Part shown: positions 62,028 to 64,000 of the stretch, piece after piece
Layout of the letters: each line of letters begins with the position of its first letter
Numbering within the stretch: position 1 is the stretch's first letter
Assembly (NCBI GenBank): GCA_022653695.1
Contig: JALCSW010000002.1
Span: 436,320 to 500,319 of the forward strand
Direction of reading: 5' to 3'
DNA from: Bacilli bacterium
GTDB lineage: Bacteria > Bacillota_I > Bacilli_A > RFN20 > CAG-826
DNA length: 64,000 bases
The notes under the pieces: generated by a model
Databases searched by the model: none
What the model was told of the DNA's origin: nothing
Seen by the model: only the letters and a program-made list of their open reading frames with translations
Made by a program: the position numbers and the translations under genes

Positions 62028-62735
62028 ATGAACAAGGGGATTGACCGCAAGGGAAAAATGGCTATCTGCGAAAAACTGAAGAGGATGGTCGACCGTCTGA
62101 ACAGGGCCGAAACCAAAAAGGAAATCGTCGAAGCGATCCAAGGGATAAACGCCGCCATTCTCCGCGAGTGCCTCATTAAGATCGGCGGTTGCTTCGTGAA
62201 GCCAGTGTGGGTGGAGTGTTACTACTATCGCGGCGGGTCAATGAAAAAGGACGGCTTGGACGAATCCTTCAAAAACGATTTCGGCAGCGATCCGTTTCTT
62301 TGGAAGGATGGCTCGTGCCACAAAAAACCTGAGCAACGGAACCGGTTCGGGATGCTGTATTTCCATAGCGGAGGCAACTTGAACCCTCGTAGAGGCGGGG
62401 TCGACCTCGTTTTGTCGGACAAAGACGATTTTTGCCTTTCCTTCCTCGTTCGCCGATCCTTCCTTAATCGGGGAGGCGGAAACGAAAAGTCGAAAATCAT
62501 CGGACTCGAAGAAACCCTTTGCCCCCTGATGAAGGGAAAACCGAACATGGTCGTTTTGACGGAGAAAAAACCAGAGAGCGGCGCCGAAGAAATCGAATAC
62601 GTGAGGCGCGTGAACGTCAATAAAGGCGATTTCGCCGCCGAATTATTGGGCGCGTACGACAAAAGGTTCTGCTGCGGCTCCGGATTCAGAAAAAAGCCCC
62701 TCCTAATAAGCGGCGCCGAAGAAAAGGGGCGCTGA
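62028..62735 (+). CDS. Hypothetical protein
   Basis: 235-aa ORF; the start is uncertain (alternative ATG at 62058 has a better purine-rich upstream). VWVECYYY...DGSCHKK..QRNRFGMLYFHSGG faintly recalls the 3-methyladenine DNA glycosylase (AAG/Mpg) pattern, but I cannot verify this. Confidence 0.45.
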   Translation: MNKGIDRKGKMAICEKLKRMVDRLNRAETKKEIVEAIQGINAAILRECLIKIGGCFVKPVWVECYYYRGGSMKKDGLDESFKNDFGSDPFLWKDGSCHKKPEQRNRFGMLYFHSGGNLNPRRGGVDLVLSDKDDFCLSFLVRRSFLNRGGGNEKSKIIGLEETLCPLMKGKPNMVVLTEKKPESGAEEIEYVRRVNVNKGDFAAELLGAYDKRFCCGSGFRKKPLLISGAEEKGR

Positions 62736-62823
62736 AAAGCGAAACTTCCGCCGATAAACGGAAAAACGCCGTTAGTCCGAGCCACCGCCGTCGGAAAATG
62801 ATACCATTAGGCGTTATAGGGTC

Positions 62824-63921
62824 ATGAGCATCAGCGAATTTTTCTCCCTTTGCGGGGCGCATCCTTGGGCTATCGTCGCGATCGTCATGAACGCCATCGT
62901 CATTTTCATCAACGGCTGGACCGATGGGCCCAACGCCATCGCCACCTGCGTCACCACCCGCGCGATGCGCCCGAGAACGGCGGTCGCGATGGCGGCCGTC
63001 TGCAATCTTATCGGCGTCCTTTGCATCGGCTTTTTGGCCAGTTACCTGTCCTTTGGCGACGTGGCCCAAACCATCGCCAACCTGATCGAGTGGCCTCAGG
63101 GGATTTCCATCGACCAAGTCATGGTCGCCATCTCGAGCGGGCTCTTCGCGATCGTCGTTTGGAGCCTTGGCAGCACCTATTATGGCTTCCCTTCGAGCGA
63201 GAGCAACGAACTCGTCGGCGGCATCATCGGCAGCGGCATGGCGCTCACGCTCCTTTCAGGCGAGGGTAACGTCTTCGCCCATATCGGCTGGAAATCGTTT
63301 TCCCTTGTCGTCGGCGGCTTCTTCGGATCCCTGGTTCTGGGATTCTTGCTCGGGTATGGGGTCACGAAGCTGATCGAATCCATTTGCCGCAAGATGAGGC
63401 GCGGGAAGACCACCCGTTTCTTCACGAAGGGGCAAATCGTCTCGGGCGGGATCATGTCCTTTGTCCACGGCGTTCAGGACGGGGCCAAATTCATCGGCGT
63501 CTTCATCATGATCGTCGCGATGCTCAGTACCGCGACGGACGCTTCCCTCGAGGCCTCGTCGCTTTCGGGCGTGTGGTGGATGTACGTCCCCGTCGCCATC
63601 GTCATGGGCGCCGGCACCTGCATGGGGGGCTATTCGATCATCAAAACGCTGGGCGGGGAAATGGCCAAACTCCAAAAATACCAGGCTTTCGCGACCGACA
63701 TCGCCGCGACGATCGGGTTGCTTCTCGCCACCTTTTTGGCGATACCGGTCTCCACGGGGACCGTCAAATCCACCGCCATCCTGGGCGGAGGGGCCACGAG
63801 GAGCCTCAAGCGCGTCCACTGGGACGTCGCGGGGAAAATGGTCGGAAGCTGGATCGCGATCTTCCCGCTGACGGCCCTCATCGGATTCGTTTTCGTGATG
63901 ATATTCGTTTGGACCTGCTAA
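62824..63921 (+). CDS. pit: Inorganic phosphate transporter, PiT (PHO4) family
   Basis: GWTDGPNAIATCVTTRAM and a second GVQDGAKFIG motif. About 10 TM helices. Confidence 0.9.
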   Translation: MSISEFFSLCGAHPWAIVAIVMNAIVIFINGWTDGPNAIATCVTTRAMRPRTAVAMAAVCNLIGVLCIGFLASYLSFGDVAQTIANLIEWPQGISIDQVMVAISSGLFAIVVWSLGSTYYGFPSSESNELVGGIIGSGMALTLLSGEGNVFAHIGWKSFSLVVGGFFGSLVLGFLLGYGVTKLIESICRKMRRGKTTRFFTKGQIVSGGIMSFVHGVQDGAKFIGVFIMIVAMLSTATDASLEASSLSGVWWMYVPVAIVMGAGTCMGGYSIIKTLGGEMAKLQKYQAFATDIAATIGLLLATFLAIPVSTGTVKSTAILGGGATRSLKRVHWDVAGKMVGSWIAIFPLTALIGFVFVMIFVWTC

Positions 63922-63934
63922 GGAGGCATCCGTT

Positions 63935-64000
63935 ATGTTTGGCAAGAAAAAGAAAGCGAAGTCGAATTACTACTACGACAGTTTCCCGGCGCTATGCCAC
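63935..64000 (+). CDS. Probable DUF47 (PhoU-like, Pit accessory) protein, 3'-truncated by window end
   Basis: AGGAGG RBS at 63921-63926. MFGKKKKAKSNYYYDSFPALC resembles DUF47 N-termini, and the position next to pit fits. Confidence 0.45.
   Translation, partial: MFGKKKKAKSNYYYDSFPALCH

Overview
This is a 64-kb, high-GC chromosomal segment: about 58% GC in the 60-nt lines I hand-counted, against 35-40% in one islet. It looks like an anaerobic, fermentative Bacillota (Firmicutes)-type bacterium using the standard genetic code, since TAA, TAG and TGA all terminate well-conserved genes. I support about 60 CDS, one tRNA-Ser(GGA) and one IS3-family element. I saw no rRNA and no CRISPR array. Blocks: (1) 0.9-10.3 kb holds an isomerase-like gene, a membrane-tethered XRE regulator, and adhE cotranscribed with an hfsABCD-like sensory [FeFe]-hydrogenase/PP2C module. 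(2) 10.5-16.7 kb holds an MFS transporter, preT/preA-like dihydropyrimidine dehydrogenase and an NCS2 nucleobase permease. (3) 17.0-22.5 kb is a tightly coupled three-gene surface operon: two TasA/camelysin-like proteins with SipW-class N-termini flank a 928-aa GLUG/beta-helix protein. This is my best candidate for an undescribed system. (4) 22.5-36.4 and 38.9-44.9 kb carry housekeeping genes in Bacillus-like order (coaD-rsmD-ylbF, def, rnj, maf, CYTH/yjbK-like, spx, trpS, pgcA, yjbO-like rluD). They are interrupted at 36.4-38.9 kb by a low-GC islet with a nonsense-disrupted AlbA_2/HATPase_c_4 (Schlafen-like) gene. (5) 44.9-47.8 kb is a tRNA-Ser-linked islet with an IS3 element, gene debris and relBE. 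(6) 49-53.3 kb is an ECF sigma operon whose membrane partner carries an extracytoplasmic serpin-like domain. (7) 53.4-62 kb is a metal-homeostasis region (HMA chaperone, DtxR-family regulator, feoA-feoA-feoB, copA, ZIP) linked by five copies of a GGTTAG-N6-CTAACC palindrome. (8) A Pit phosphate transporter sits at the right edge. Many long ORFs in the track that run antisense to these genes are GC-driven artefacts. All functional calls come from motif recognition by eye; no database search was run.
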